Source: an uncultured Gemmatimonadota bacterium | GTDB lineage: Bacteria > Gemmatimonadota > CAZMKB01 > CAZNLH01 | Assembly: GCA_964573995.1 (NCBI GenBank) | Contig: CAZNLH010000005.1 | Span: 12,465 to 76,464, forward strand | Length of the DNA: 64,000 nt | Direction: 5' to 3' | Part shown: one piece after another, positions 20,133 to 29,394 of the stretch | How the letters are laid out: the number at the start of each line of letters is the position of its first letter | Numbering within the stretch: the stretch's first letter is position 1 | The notes under the pieces: generated by a model | What the model was told of the DNA's origin: nothing | Database searches by the model: none | Seen by the model: the letters and a program-made list of their open reading frames with translations, nothing else | Made by a program: the position numbers and the translations under genes

Positions 20133-21476
20133 TCATTTTCCATCAAGACCGGCCGGCTCTCCCCTATCAGCGGATACCTCGAGATCCCATACCCGGTGCC
20201 CCTCCCCACCGTCGAAGATGGCAAGGTATCGATTTCGTTCCATCTTCCAATTGTGGTGCCTAAGAAAGGTGGCTGCGTTGCGGGCCTTCCTTCTCGCCAT
20301 TGCTGGGTTTTCGTAAACTTCGAGGATGACACGGGCGAGATCGTCCACCTCACCAGGATCGAAATATGATATCATCTCTTCAGAGAAATAAGACATGATC
20401 GTGGGCAGCCTCGGCGCGATAACCGGGATATCCAGGGCCACATACTCCAGGAGTTTTACCGGCAACATCATGTCCGTCGCCCTGTTCCGCCGATTCGGCA
20501 CGATACCGGCAAAGGCCGATCTTATCAAGCCTGGGATTTCCTGGACCGGATGAAATCGCCCGCTGAGGAAGACATGTTCACCAAGCCCGTATTCCTCTGT
20601 GACTTCCCGGAGGCGCGGCAACAATTCCCCTCCACCGTAAATGCGGAACAGGATATCCGGGATCTCCTCCCTGACGATGCCCACCGCCTCGACTGCAAGA
20701 TCAACCCCCATCCTCTCCGCGAGGGTACCGTGGAATACAATCTCCGGCCTTGCACGTCTCCTCCCATTCCCAATCGGTCCACCAAAGACCTCCTCGTCCG
20801 GCAGGTTCATCATGACGATCATGTTGGACGGTGGCAATCCTCGCCCCTCGAGCAGTCCCCGCTGCTCCTTCGTCGCGCAAATGATGGTATCTGAGAAACG
20901 CGCACTGATACGCTCCTCCAACTTTACCAGTGACACAAGAGGATGCTCATCCCGAAGACCGTACTTTACCATCAGGCTCTCCGGCATGGGATCCCGGATA
21001 TCGAGAAAGACCTTTGCACCCAGCAACTTAGGCAGCCAGGCCGCAAAAACCAAGAAATCCGGGATGTTATGGACCTGGACCACCTGGTACGGCCTTACCA
21101 CTTGCATGAAACATAGCCTCATCATGGCCAGCATGAAGAAACATGCATAACCGACTATAAACCAGATCATTGCCTCCCCCCGGTACCGCCCAATACATAG
21201 GGCCGATACCCTGACCCCTGCAAGCGAGTCGAGTCGTCCCCGGCCGCAACCACGCAGGCATATTACATCGACCTCCTTTCCGGTCCTCGCAAGCGCCTCC
21301 GCCTCACGTCTCACCCTCGGATCGCTGAAATAATCCGTATATGCTATGAAGCAGACCCTCTTTACCGGCGAACCGCCCCGTTTCACAATGATCCCCTCCC
21401 GGCACATGACGGCCCGGAATGCCGGTTTCCGGCCATGGGAAACCCTGGAGAACCAATCCTTCTGAAGAAATACCAC
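20133..21476 (-). CDS. GT4-family (GT-B) glycosyltransferase
   Basis: 447 aa. GT4 architecture with EX7E-like C-terminal half (..FHGTLAERMGVDLAVEAV.., ..PNRRNRATDMMLPVKLLEYVALDIPVIAPRL). True start probably an internal Met (~21407). Confidence 0.7.
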   Translation of the reverse strand: MVFLQKDWFSRVSHGRKPAFRAVMCREGIIVKRGGSPVKRVCFIAYTDYFSDPRVRREAEALARTGKEVDVICLRGCGRGRLDSLAGVRVSALCIGRYRGEAMIWFIVGYACFFMLAMMRLCFMQVVRPYQVVQVHNIPDFLVFAAWLPKLLGAKVFLDIRDPMPESLMVKYGLRDEHPLVSLVKLEERISARFSDTIICATKEQRGLLEGRGLPPSNMIVMMNLPDEEVFGGPIGNGRRRARPEIVFHGTLAERMGVDLAVEAVGIVREEIPDILFRIYGGGELLPRLREVTEEYGLGEHVFLSGRFHPVQEIPGLIRSAFAGIVPNRRNRATDMMLPVKLLEYVALDIPVIAPRLPTIMSYFSEEMISYFDPGEVDDLARVILEVYENPAMARRKARNAATFLRHHNWKMERNRYLAIFDGGEGHRVWDLEVSADRGEPAGLDGK

Positions 21477-22342
21477 CGGCAGAATCTCCTGACGACCGGG
21501 TCATCGATCACCTTGTCCCCCCTAATGAAGGAGGTGACATATCCCCAGAAGTACGCCGCCCCGAGGGCAACCGACTCCCGGCAACAACGGTACAAAGCCT
21601 TTGAGACGGCGAAAGGGAGTGGAAATCCAAGGAATCGATCGTTGATCCCCTTCAAGTAGTATCCTCGCCTGAGTCCCATAGCCGAGCCGGTCCTCCTTAC
21701 CTGAACAGTGCGGACTTCCGGAAACTGTCCCACCCCGTAACCGAGCGCCAATGCCCTGATAGCGGATACCGTATCCCCTGAGTTCACCGGGTGGAGCCCC
21801 CCGATATCCTCGAAACACCTCCTCCTGATGAGCCGTGCCCCACCCCACGGCCACCTCCCATTCCCACGCTCGCGCCGGAGGGAACCGTCATCACCGATGC
21901 CATATACGCCCCCGCTGACGATTCCCATACCCGGGAGCCCTTCCATTATCCCGACCAGGCGTTCGTAATAATCCCTCTCCGGCAGCATATCGGAGTCCAG
22001 CACCGCGAGGTAGGCATAGTGCACCCCTTCATCGCGGCACAGGGCCGTACCAAAATCAAATCCCGTCTTCTGGACCTCATAGACATGCTCTTGAAGCCGC
22101 CTTCCACGGCAACTCCCGCGATGCTCGACAGCCCGTATCCAAGGATAGGCCCTCTCGGCCTGCCTGCACAACTCGCCAGACCCGTCGTCACTATGATCGT
22201 CCACGAGGATCCACCTGACAGGCCTCAGGGACTGGTCCGCGACATGACCGATGACATCTCCGAGTTGACTCGATTCATTCTTGACCGGTGTGACCAGGAG
22301 AATTCCCCTGCCCATTCTCCAACACCATCTCTTCCTATACAC
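21383..22342 (-). CDS. GT2-family glycosyltransferase
   Basis: 319 aa. GT-A N-terminus LLVTPVKNESSQLGDVIGHVADQSLRPVRWILVDDHSDDGS (DxD context) and later LDSDMLPERDY. Confidence 0.7.
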   Translation of the reverse strand: MYRKRWCWRMGRGILLVTPVKNESSQLGDVIGHVADQSLRPVRWILVDDHSDDGSGELCRQAERAYPWIRAVEHRGSCRGRRLQEHVYEVQKTGFDFGTALCRDEGVHYAYLAVLDSDMLPERDYYERLVGIMEGLPGMGIVSGGVYGIGDDGSLRRERGNGRWPWGGARLIRRRCFEDIGGLHPVNSGDTVSAIRALALGYGVGQFPEVRTVQVRRTGSAMGLRRGYYLKGINDRFLGFPLPFAVSKALYRCCRESVALGAAYFWGYVTSFIRGDKVIDDPVVRRFCRWYFFRRIGSPGFPMAGNRHSGPSCAGRGSL

Positions 22343-22411
22343 ACCACGAGTGGAATAACATGATCTTCAAGGCCTGCCCGCGGATCCCGGACAATAGGCT
22401 CCCCGGCGCCG

Positions 22412-23335
22412 TCACCCGGCGTTTTTCCTTATGTAATACTCGAGCGATTCCTGCCAGGGGGGCATCTCGTTCATGCCGAGGAGATCCAGTTTATAGTTTC
22501 GTACCATCTCCGACCTGGCACGAGGGGCAGGAAGGGGGAAGTGCGCGGAATTGATCGGGACGATCTCCACCCGGTCTTCCACTCCCATGTACCTGGCGAT
22601 GTGGCAGGCCATCTCGTATCTCGAAGTCACTCCCCTGTTCGTCAGGTGATAGAGTCCATACCTGCGTGTCTTCCAGACCTTGACCAGGTTCCTCGAAAAA
22701 TCAAAGGTGAAGGTCGGGCTACCGAACTTGTCGTCGACGACTGTGATCCTATCCCTCTCCCTGAGGAGTTTCACGATCTTGTAGACGAACTTCTTATCGA
22801 TCTCCCAGCCTCCTACCATCCAGCCTGCACGAAAGATGAAGAAACGATCGAGGAGGTCCCTCACCACCTTTTCCCCCTCCAACTTTGACCACGCATAGAC
22901 ATTGCTTGGATCCGGAGTATCAAACTCGGTATATGGTACCGGCTTACGGCCGTTGAACACGGCGGCGGTACTTATATATACCATGGGCTTGTCCATCTCC
23001 CTGCATGCCAGGGCTATGTTCTCCGTCCCCATCGCGTTAACGAAGAAGGAATGATCCGGGTCCTTCTCGCACAGATCGACATCCGTCTCAGCCGCCAGGT
23101 GGAATACCCAATCAGGTCCCACCTCCTCCATAACCCCGTTGATCTCCGAGGGGTTCGTTACGTCCATCTTCAGCATGGACGAGCCTTCCTCGCGGATGTC
23201 TGTCCTCACCACCTCCACCCCGTTCTTCTCGAGTTCCGGGCACAGGTCCGAACCGAGCATACCGGCTGCGCCGGTCACCAACACTTTCATGTTAAACCTC
23301 TCCTGATCCCGAAGATGGTCAAGCCGCCGATGCAT
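22412..23335 (-). CDS. NAD(P)-dependent sugar-nucleotide reductase/epimerase (RmlD-like SDR)
   Basis: 307 aa. MKVLVTGAAGMLGSDL Rossmann motif. YxxxK context. Size typical of dTDP-4-dehydrorhamnose reductase family. Confidence 0.6.
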   Translation of the reverse strand: MHRRLDHLRDQERFNMKVLVTGAAGMLGSDLCPELEKNGVEVVRTDIREEGSSMLKMDVTNPSEINGVMEEVGPDWVFHLAAETDVDLCEKDPDHSFFVNAMGTENIALACREMDKPMVYISTAAVFNGRKPVPYTEFDTPDPSNVYAWSKLEGEKVVRDLLDRFFIFRAGWMVGGWEIDKKFVYKIVKLLRERDRITVVDDKFGSPTFTFDFSRNLVKVWKTRRYGLYHLTNRGVTSRYEMACHIARYMGVEDRVEIVPINSAHFPLPAPRARSEMVRNYKLDLLGMNEMPPWQESLEYYIRKNAG

Positions 23336-23418
23336 ATCAATAACGGCGCGTTATTGCCACTTGGTAGAATGCACACTCGGGAAAGCGGCCGGCTACAGCC
23401 CCATCCTTTTCCCACCGC

Positions 23419-24990
23419 CTACCTCGGAGGGAACCACCTTCCCCATGAGGCCTGTATCCTCAACTCCCCTTCCATTTCCACGTGGTCCTCCCCCACGAGG
23501 TGATCCCGGTTCTTTATCGATTCGAACCCCAGTCTCCCCCGAACGAACCACCTGTCCGACGGCTGGAAACGCGCTCCCGCGGAAAGCGACAGGTTCTTCT
23601 CCACCACCCCCGAGGGAAAGGGGATGTGACTGCTCGAGAACTCGGCCGGAAACGGATCCGTCACCCTTCCCTCACCCTTTCTCCTGTAGGCAGATGACAC
23701 GTCGAAGATCCACGAGTTCAACGGGAAGAACTCGATGCCCTCGGACAACTCGTCGAAGTCATTGCCGGGCGCCGCGCCCAGGCCCTTTCCGGCCTGCAGG
23801 TACCGCTCGAGTGAATCAGGGGCATTGTACGTGTAATTGGTCACCTTGACATAACGGACATGCAGATTGCTGTGGGAAAGCCCGAACGGGTCGGCCCATG
23901 TCGCGCCGAGGGCCATGCCGAACTCGTTGGGTTCAACCTCCTTGCCGTAGAATATCGGCCTTCCGAAGATGGACAACTTCACGTCATCCACGAGGAGTTG
24001 CACGGAGGCGGTCCACCTGCTCGACGGGGTAAAGTAGGCGTCAAAACCTACGAAGGAATTCATCTCGCGGGAAGTCGCGTTCTCAATCACTATGTAAGGC
24101 GAGAAGGGATTGAGTAGTGCCAGGTCGATCCCGGCACCCTGTCTTCCATAAAGTGCGGACTCGAAGATTCCCATCTGCAACCAACCGCCAAGGCGGAAAT
24201 CGATCCTGTGGGCCGACAGGTACCGCTGGACGCCGCTCTCTCCCCCATAGCCTGAAGGGAGGTCGCTGAGCCTGGCGAACATGCTTCTCAGGGCCAACCT
24301 GCGTCCACCCAGGCGCAGGAACAGATGATCGTACGAGAAGGGGTTCCGAGAGAGAAACAGGCTGGTGCCGGGGAAGGGAGACCAGTTCCGTTCTGTCCTC
24401 CCGATAAATAGCGTGATCCACCTCCCGCCGGCCAGGAGGTAAGAGTCTTCTATCCTCCCGGCGAGAGAAATGTCCTTTCTACCGAGATAGTACGGGTCAT
24501 CGAAGAGGCCCTGGTCAACAGAAAAACGCGTAGAGAATACCAGGGCCGGGTAACGGATCACCCCTTCCCCGGAGAAGAAGTAATCGGCATCTCCTCTATT
24601 TCTCTGAAGGACGGCATCCTCCCGTCCCACCCCCCTCAGGTAATATGCGGGCCCACCACCACCGTCACTTCTCAGTAGGCGGATATCCCCCGCGAATTCT
24701 CTCTCCAGGAGTTCAACCCATCCCCCCTCCACACCCCCCAATTTCTTCCGCCCCCCCGCCAGCCTCGCTATGGCCTCTGCAACCTCTCCCCTCGTATACG
24801 GACGGATAGAGCGGCTCAATTCCCGGAGATATCCCCGGTCCTGCAGGAGATCGATGTAGCGGTACGCCCAGTGATCCAGGTATAGGTACCGCGTGACCGG
24901 GCGCGCACAAAGCCCGCCCCCCAATGTGACAAGGGCCATCCCGCACAAGAAAATGCCCAGTTTAAGCCGGCGCTCATATTTCGAATTCAT
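23419..24990 (-). CDS. outer-membrane protein, Wzi-like capsule-assembly candidate
   Basis: 523 aa. Signal/anchor N-terminus. WAYRYIDLLQDRGYL-type N-terminal helical motif, then long Gly/aromatic-rich beta-strand-like sequence. Recognition from memory only. Confidence 0.4.
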   Translation of the reverse strand: MNSKYERRLKLGIFLCGMALVTLGGGLCARPVTRYLYLDHWAYRYIDLLQDRGYLRELSRSIRPYTRGEVAEAIARLAGGRKKLGGVEGGWVELLEREFAGDIRLLRSDGGGGPAYYLRGVGREDAVLQRNRGDADYFFSGEGVIRYPALVFSTRFSVDQGLFDDPYYLGRKDISLAGRIEDSYLLAGGRWITLFIGRTERNWSPFPGTSLFLSRNPFSYDHLFLRLGGRRLALRSMFARLSDLPSGYGGESGVQRYLSAHRIDFRLGGWLQMGIFESALYGRQGAGIDLALLNPFSPYIVIENATSREMNSFVGFDAYFTPSSRWTASVQLLVDDVKLSIFGRPIFYGKEVEPNEFGMALGATWADPFGLSHSNLHVRYVKVTNYTYNAPDSLERYLQAGKGLGAAPGNDFDELSEGIEFFPLNSWIFDVSSAYRRKGEGRVTDPFPAEFSSSHIPFPSGVVEKNLSLSAGARFQPSDRWFVRGRLGFESIKNRDHLVGEDHVEMEGELRIQASWGRWFPPR

Positions 24991-25011
24991 CTCGAACCGG
25001 TTGTCAATTCC

Positions 25012-25647
25012 CTACTTCGGGCTCAGGACCCCTGCCACAAGTCTCTCCACCTCTTTATCCTTCGGGGAGGTATCGCGCAGGAAGGAAGTTACGAGGTGTA
25101 TTATGACCATGTGCACGTCCTCGATCTGCTGCATGTTGGAAGAGGGGACAATAAAGGCCAGTGATGCCCGTTGAGCCAGTTCTCCCCCGTCAAAACCTGT
25201 CAGGCCTACCGTAAAGCCTCCCCGGGCTTTGGCCAGGTCGATGGCCCTGATGACGTTTCTCGAATTCCCGCTCCCGCTTATCCCGATTACCACGTCATCT
25301 GTCTCGAGGAGCGGATCCAGTTGCTCCACGAACACAGCCGTGTAATCCGAATCGTTCGCCCAGGCCGTAATCAGCGGGAGGTTGTCGGAAAGGCAGATCA
25401 CCCGGAACCGCTTCCCGGCTCCGTTGATGGTCCCCTTTGCGAGGTCGCAGGCGAGATGAGACGCAGCGGCGGCGCTCCCCCCGTTTCCGAACGTGAAGAC
25501 CTTCCTCCCCTCTTCACGGGCCGATCTCAGTACGTCGATGAGACCTTCCAATGATCCGACGGGGCATTCCATCAACAGAGAAGACATCTGAAGGAGGTAT
25601 TGCGCTATGAAGGACTTACCGTCGCCTAAGACACTCTTCCCGTTCAA
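25012..25647 (-). CDS. gmhA: D-sedoheptulose-7-phosphate isomerase (SIS domain)
   Basis: 211 aa. FGNGGSAAAASHLACDL and GISGSGNSRNV SIS motifs. Confidence 0.8.
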   Translation of the reverse strand: MNGKSVLGDGKSFIAQYLLQMSSLLMECPVGSLEGLIDVLRSAREEGRKVFTFGNGGSAAAASHLACDLAKGTINGAGKRFRVICLSDNLPLITAWANDSDYTAVFVEQLDPLLETDDVVIGISGSGNSRNVIRAIDLAKARGGFTVGLTGFDGGELAQRASLAFIVPSSNMQQIEDVHMVIIHLVTSFLRDTSPKDKEVERLVAGVLSPK

Positions 25648-25658
25648 ATTCCCCTCCG

Positions 25659-26636
25659 CTACCTTCGGATGTTGAATATCGCCTTCGTCCCATCGCGCGA
25701 GAACGAGAACTGGAGTTCCCGGTATCCATTCATTACCTCCCTGACCCTATCCTGGTGTTCGAGATTGCAATAGAGAAACAGGAAACCACCACCCCCTGCA
25801 CCGCATATCTTTCCCCCCCGTGCTCCCGCCTGGATCGCCTTCCGGTACATGACATCGATCTCGGGGTTCGAGATCCCGTCTACCAGCGACCTCTTGATCC
25901 GCCAGCCCTCGTCGAGTATACCCCCTATCGCATCCAATTCCCCCCCTCCCAGGACAGACCAGGTCATCTCCACCAATTTTACCATCCTGGAGAGGGGTTC
26001 CATGATCTCAGGGGTCTTCTTGCGCTGCTCCGCAAGGATGCCATCTGACTTCCTCGTCTTGTGCGAGAAGAACAGCAGGAACCTCGAAAAGAGCCTCTTC
26101 CTCTGCTCCTCATCGATAGGTACCTCCTCGGTCTCGACGCTTCCATCATTCAGGAAGCGGAACATGCGAAATCCCCCGTAGGCCGCGATATACTGGTCCT
26201 GCTTGCCGATCGGCTTGCCCACGCGGTCTATCTCTATCTCGCAGGCCCTCCTCGCCAACTCCTCCCTCGTCTTGATCTCCCCCTGATACAGGTACAGGGC
26301 ATTGAGAAGCCCTACGGTCACGCTGCTCGAAGAACCGAGTCCCGTCCCCTCGGAGGGGATATCGGCGAGCGTGGTGATCTCGATGCCGTCCCGTATACCG
26401 GCCATCTTCATGGCCTCTCTGACGAGGTCATGCCGGATCTCTTCCACACTGTCGACTATCTCCCGCTTCGAGTAGTTGACGTAAATCTTTCGATCAAACC
26501 GCCTTTTCACGATCACGTAGATGTATTTATCTATGGCGAAGGACACGACACACCCCATCCCCTTCTCATAAAATGACCTGAGGTCGGTCCCACCGCCCGC
26601 CAGGCTTACACGTAATGGCGTCTGGGTGATTATCAA
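25659..26636 (-). CDS. hddA: GHMP-family D-glycero-alpha-D-manno-heptose-7-phosphate kinase
   Basis: 325 aa. N-terminus MIITQTPLRVSLAGGGTD. GHMP ATP-binding loop PSEGTGLGSSSSVTVG. Confidence 0.75.
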   Translation of the reverse strand: MIITQTPLRVSLAGGGTDLRSFYEKGMGCVVSFAIDKYIYVIVKRRFDRKIYVNYSKREIVDSVEEIRHDLVREAMKMAGIRDGIEITTLADIPSEGTGLGSSSSVTVGLLNALYLYQGEIKTREELARRACEIEIDRVGKPIGKQDQYIAAYGGFRMFRFLNDGSVETEEVPIDEEQRKRLFSRFLLFFSHKTRKSDGILAEQRKKTPEIMEPLSRMVKLVEMTWSVLGGGELDAIGGILDEGWRIKRSLVDGISNPEIDVMYRKAIQAGARGGKICGAGGGGFLFLYCNLEHQDRVREVMNGYRELQFSFSRDGTKAIFNIRR

Positions 26637-27916
26637 CTGGTCCTCCCCTTGGGGCTTTCTTCCGAAAGACCCACCCTGCCTTCATTCATCGACGTGCCGC
26701 CTTCACGGCAGGAGAGGGTATCCCTGACCACCCCAGCCCTCTCCATCTCGGTAAATATCTCTCCTGAGGCATCGCGCACGACGTCGAGTTCACGTATCCA
26801 GCCGATGTAATCGGCCACGCTCTTCCCGGGGGAATGAGAAGGACTCCAGCCCAGTCGTTTCAATTTCGACGTGTCGGACAGGACATGCCGAGTGTCACCG
26901 AAGCGGAATTTCCCGGGCACCTCGAGTTTTATCTCCTCGCCCAGGACCATGGACACCGTCTCCGCGAATTCGAGGACCGTGTAACCGGTGCCTCCCCCGA
27001 CGTTGAAGACCTTCCCGACGGCATCCTCCTCTTCCATCACGAGAAGGTTGGCGGCCACCACGTCCTCGATATTGACGTAGTCCCTCAACTGGTGGCCGTC
27101 CTCGTAGACCACAGAGGTGTGCCCCCTCAAGGCGTTCAGGCAGAATATCCTGCATACGCCGGAATAAAGGTTGTGGAAGGACTGCCGCGGCCCCTGGACG
27201 ATAGAGTAACGAAGGGCGACGGTCGGTATGTCGTAGCGACGCCCCAGGTTGAGGGAGATCATCTCCTGCGTGAGTTTCGAGAGACCATACTGGTTCTGAG
27301 GGTTTGCCTCCTCCTCGGTAGACCAATCAACCACCATCTCGGAGCCGCATGCCGGGCAGGGATGCTCCCATTGCCCTGCCTCAAGGCGATGAAGGGAACG
27401 AATTGGTGGATGAAAGATACCGTGCTCTGGACACCTGTACCTGCCCTCGCCGTACACGGCCTGCGAGGACGCGACCACCACCCGATCGGGGCTGATCCCC
27501 TTCTCCACCATCACCTCATAGAGCAGCGCCGTCCCCACGCTGTTCACGTGGAAGAAGGTACTGAAGTCCGGCATGTAATCCTGGTAAGCGGCGAAGTGGA
27601 AGATGACGTCCACACCACGGATCGCCTTTTCCACTGAAGACCGATCCCTGACGTCACCATGTATGAACTCGGCCCCATCGGGGAGGTACAGCGGCCTCCC
27701 GCCGGGGTGAATCTTGGGGTCGAGATTGTCCAGGATGGCCACTTCATGTCCCATTTCAAGCAGGCGGTCCGCCGTATGGGAACCGATAAAACCCGCTCCT
27801 CCTGTGATCAGGATACGCATCGTCCCCTCCCGGTTGCAAATCTTTAAGATCGAGAAACTGTCTCCCTTGAACCCCGGACAAGGGGGGTTCAAGGCCACAT
27901 GAATTTTGCTTTCCAA
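26633..27916 (-). CDS. NAD-dependent sugar-nucleotide epimerase/dehydratase (extended SDR) with CxxH...CxxC insertion; true start probably Met at ~27820
   Basis: MRILITGGAGFIGSH Rossmann motif begins 32 codons into the ORF. YGLSK catalytic pair. ~30-aa insertion RCPEHG..(22)..HPCPACG at ~27340-27440. C-terminal ~60-aa extension. Confidence 0.7.
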   Translation of the reverse strand: MESKIHVALNPPCPGFKGDSFSILKICNREGTMRILITGGAGFIGSHTADRLLEMGHEVAILDNLDPKIHPGGRPLYLPDGAEFIHGDVRDRSSVEKAIRGVDVIFHFAAYQDYMPDFSTFFHVNSVGTALLYEVMVEKGISPDRVVVASSQAVYGEGRYRCPEHGIFHPPIRSLHRLEAGQWEHPCPACGSEMVVDWSTEEEANPQNQYGLSKLTQEMISLNLGRRYDIPTVALRYSIVQGPRQSFHNLYSGVCRIFCLNALRGHTSVVYEDGHQLRDYVNIEDVVAANLLVMEEEDAVGKVFNVGGGTGYTVLEFAETVSMVLGEEIKLEVPGKFRFGDTRHVLSDTSKLKRLGWSPSHSPGKSVADYIGWIRELDVVRDASGEIFTEMERAGVVRDTLSCREGGTSMNEGRVGLSEESPKGRTS

Positions 27917-28152
27917 CGGCCCATCAATATCCTAAACAAGATAGCGATGGACACTACATTTTGCACATGGGTAAATTTATCATACAATATATCGAAAAGT
28001 CAAGGGGAAAAACTGGGTTCTTTCGTGGGAAATGGATTCCCATTACTGTAACATATTGATGACACACACGCCGGTCCCCGGCATCGTTCAGGCCAGTCAG
28101 CGAGTCGAACCTCTGCTGGGGAATATGTGACGAACGGCAGACTCAGGCGCCC
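27917..28152 (-). promoter_or_regulatory. AT-rich internal intergenic region inside the EPS locus (possible internal promoter)
   Basis: 236 bp, markedly AT-rich (..taaatttatcatacaatatatcgaaaagtcaagggg..). It is one of the two sizeable gaps in the 26-kb co-directional locus (with 37010-37217); genes on both sides are translationally coupled. Confidence 0.25.
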
Positions 28153-29394
28153 TCATTCCCGACTGTCGATCTCCCAGGTACATTCGCAGGGTATATGAGC
28201 GATCGCCGCCTCCGGAAGATCCAATGCCCTGACGGTCTCTCCATCCTCGACGATCTTCGTCCTCGCGCGCCTCCTCCACCACCTTGCTGCGTCCCGCGGC
28301 AGTGCATGCCAATAATCATTCTTGCCGGACATGTACCGAAGCAGTTGCTCGTAGAAGCGCATCGGGTATCTGCCGTTCGATCGTGCAGTTGCGTGCATGT
28401 AATCCGGGTGTACGTTTACCAACGCCATGCCTGAATATTGCTCAATGAAATCGATCTTGCGATACCATATCCTCGGCGTAGTTTCTCCCCTTATGAGAAA
28501 GAGTGTGTGATCCTGAGGCAACGTATAGGGCAATTCAACGAGATCACCTATGAAAAAAGGCCAGATGCTCATCGTCCCCCCGGGTAAGGTCTCGTAGGGA
28601 TCGGTGTCGAAGAAAGACATGTCGTATTCGACCTCGAGTTCCTTCATCCAGTAGGGATTCCTCTGGGTCAACGGCGAGCGGAAGCCGACGGCCTTGTAGG
28701 AATCAAGATATTCATTTATCTTTGCGGCGCGCTCAACGAATATCCTCCTTGAAAGGAATAACTTGCCGTCATGGAGCAGGCCGTGGATGCCGATCTCGAA
28801 ACCCTCCTGAACGAGCGAATCGAGATAATCCCTGTCGACAGGATATCGTTCAGGCACTATGTTGAAAAGTGAACGGAAGCCGTATCCTTTTTCGAGATCT
28901 ACAACCCTGGGGATCATCTTCAATCCATCTTCCGTCTCCACATCATGCGTGATTATGAAAGCAAACCTCCTTCCCCGGGGCCAGAACCCTATGTGGGATA
29001 CCCGAGACAGGCCCTTTTTTTCCATCAATCGCCGCAGGAGTTCGAACTGAAAGCGGGCATACCTGTCTTCAACCGGCCACCTCAACCTTCCTCGCCTTTC
29101 CTGTGCGGGCATGTACGCCTTTCTGAGGGCATACTGCAAGAATCTCGGAATGAGCGGCTTCAAGTAATAGAAAACCCTCTTGGGAAGGCTTAGATCCCAG
29201 TGTCTCCTCCCGAAATGACCCTCGAGCAGTATGTCTTCCACATAATCGGTCAAGGAATCTCCGGCAACGGGAAGACCGCTTTCTACGGAACGATAGGCGT
29301 CCTCCCAATCCGCCTCCGTAAGTCCCCGGGCCACGAGACGCCAAAATACGTTTGGATGGTTATTCTTCATCCTCGTAACACGATCTTCATGCAA
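28153..29394 (-). CDS. polysaccharide deacetylase-like protein (NodB-fold candidate)
   Basis: 413 aa. ..FAFIITHDVETEDG.. and ..FEIGIHGLLHDG.. resemble the divalent-metal His/Asp motifs of carbohydrate-esterase-4-like deacetylases. 8-nt overlap with FemAB-like gene. Confidence 0.45.
   Translation of the reverse strand: MHEDRVTRMKNNHPNVFWRLVARGLTEADWEDAYRSVESGLPVAGDSLTDYVEDILLEGHFGRRHWDLSLPKRVFYYLKPLIPRFLQYALRKAYMPAQERRGRLRWPVEDRYARFQFELLRRLMEKKGLSRVSHIGFWPRGRRFAFIITHDVETEDGLKMIPRVVDLEKGYGFRSLFNIVPERYPVDRDYLDSLVQEGFEIGIHGLLHDGKLFLSRRIFVERAAKINEYLDSYKAVGFRSPLTQRNPYWMKELEVEYDMSFFDTDPYETLPGGTMSIWPFFIGDLVELPYTLPQDHTLFLIRGETTPRIWYRKIDFIEQYSGMALVNVHPDYMHATARSNGRYPMRFYEQLLRYMSGKNDYWHALPRDAARWWRRRARTKIVEDGETVRALDLPEAAIAHIPCECTWEIDSRE

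Noticed and set aside
21383-21476. 94-nt overlap between GT2 and GT4 genes, considered as a programmed frameshift or fusion
   Set aside because: An internal Met (~21407) upstream of the first conserved GT4 residues gives an ordinary 24-nt overlap. No frameshift signal seen.
26834-27637. 267-aa plus-strand ORF inside the SDR epimerase gene
   Set aside because: Shadow ORF. The minus strand carries unmistakable Rossmann and YxxxK motifs.
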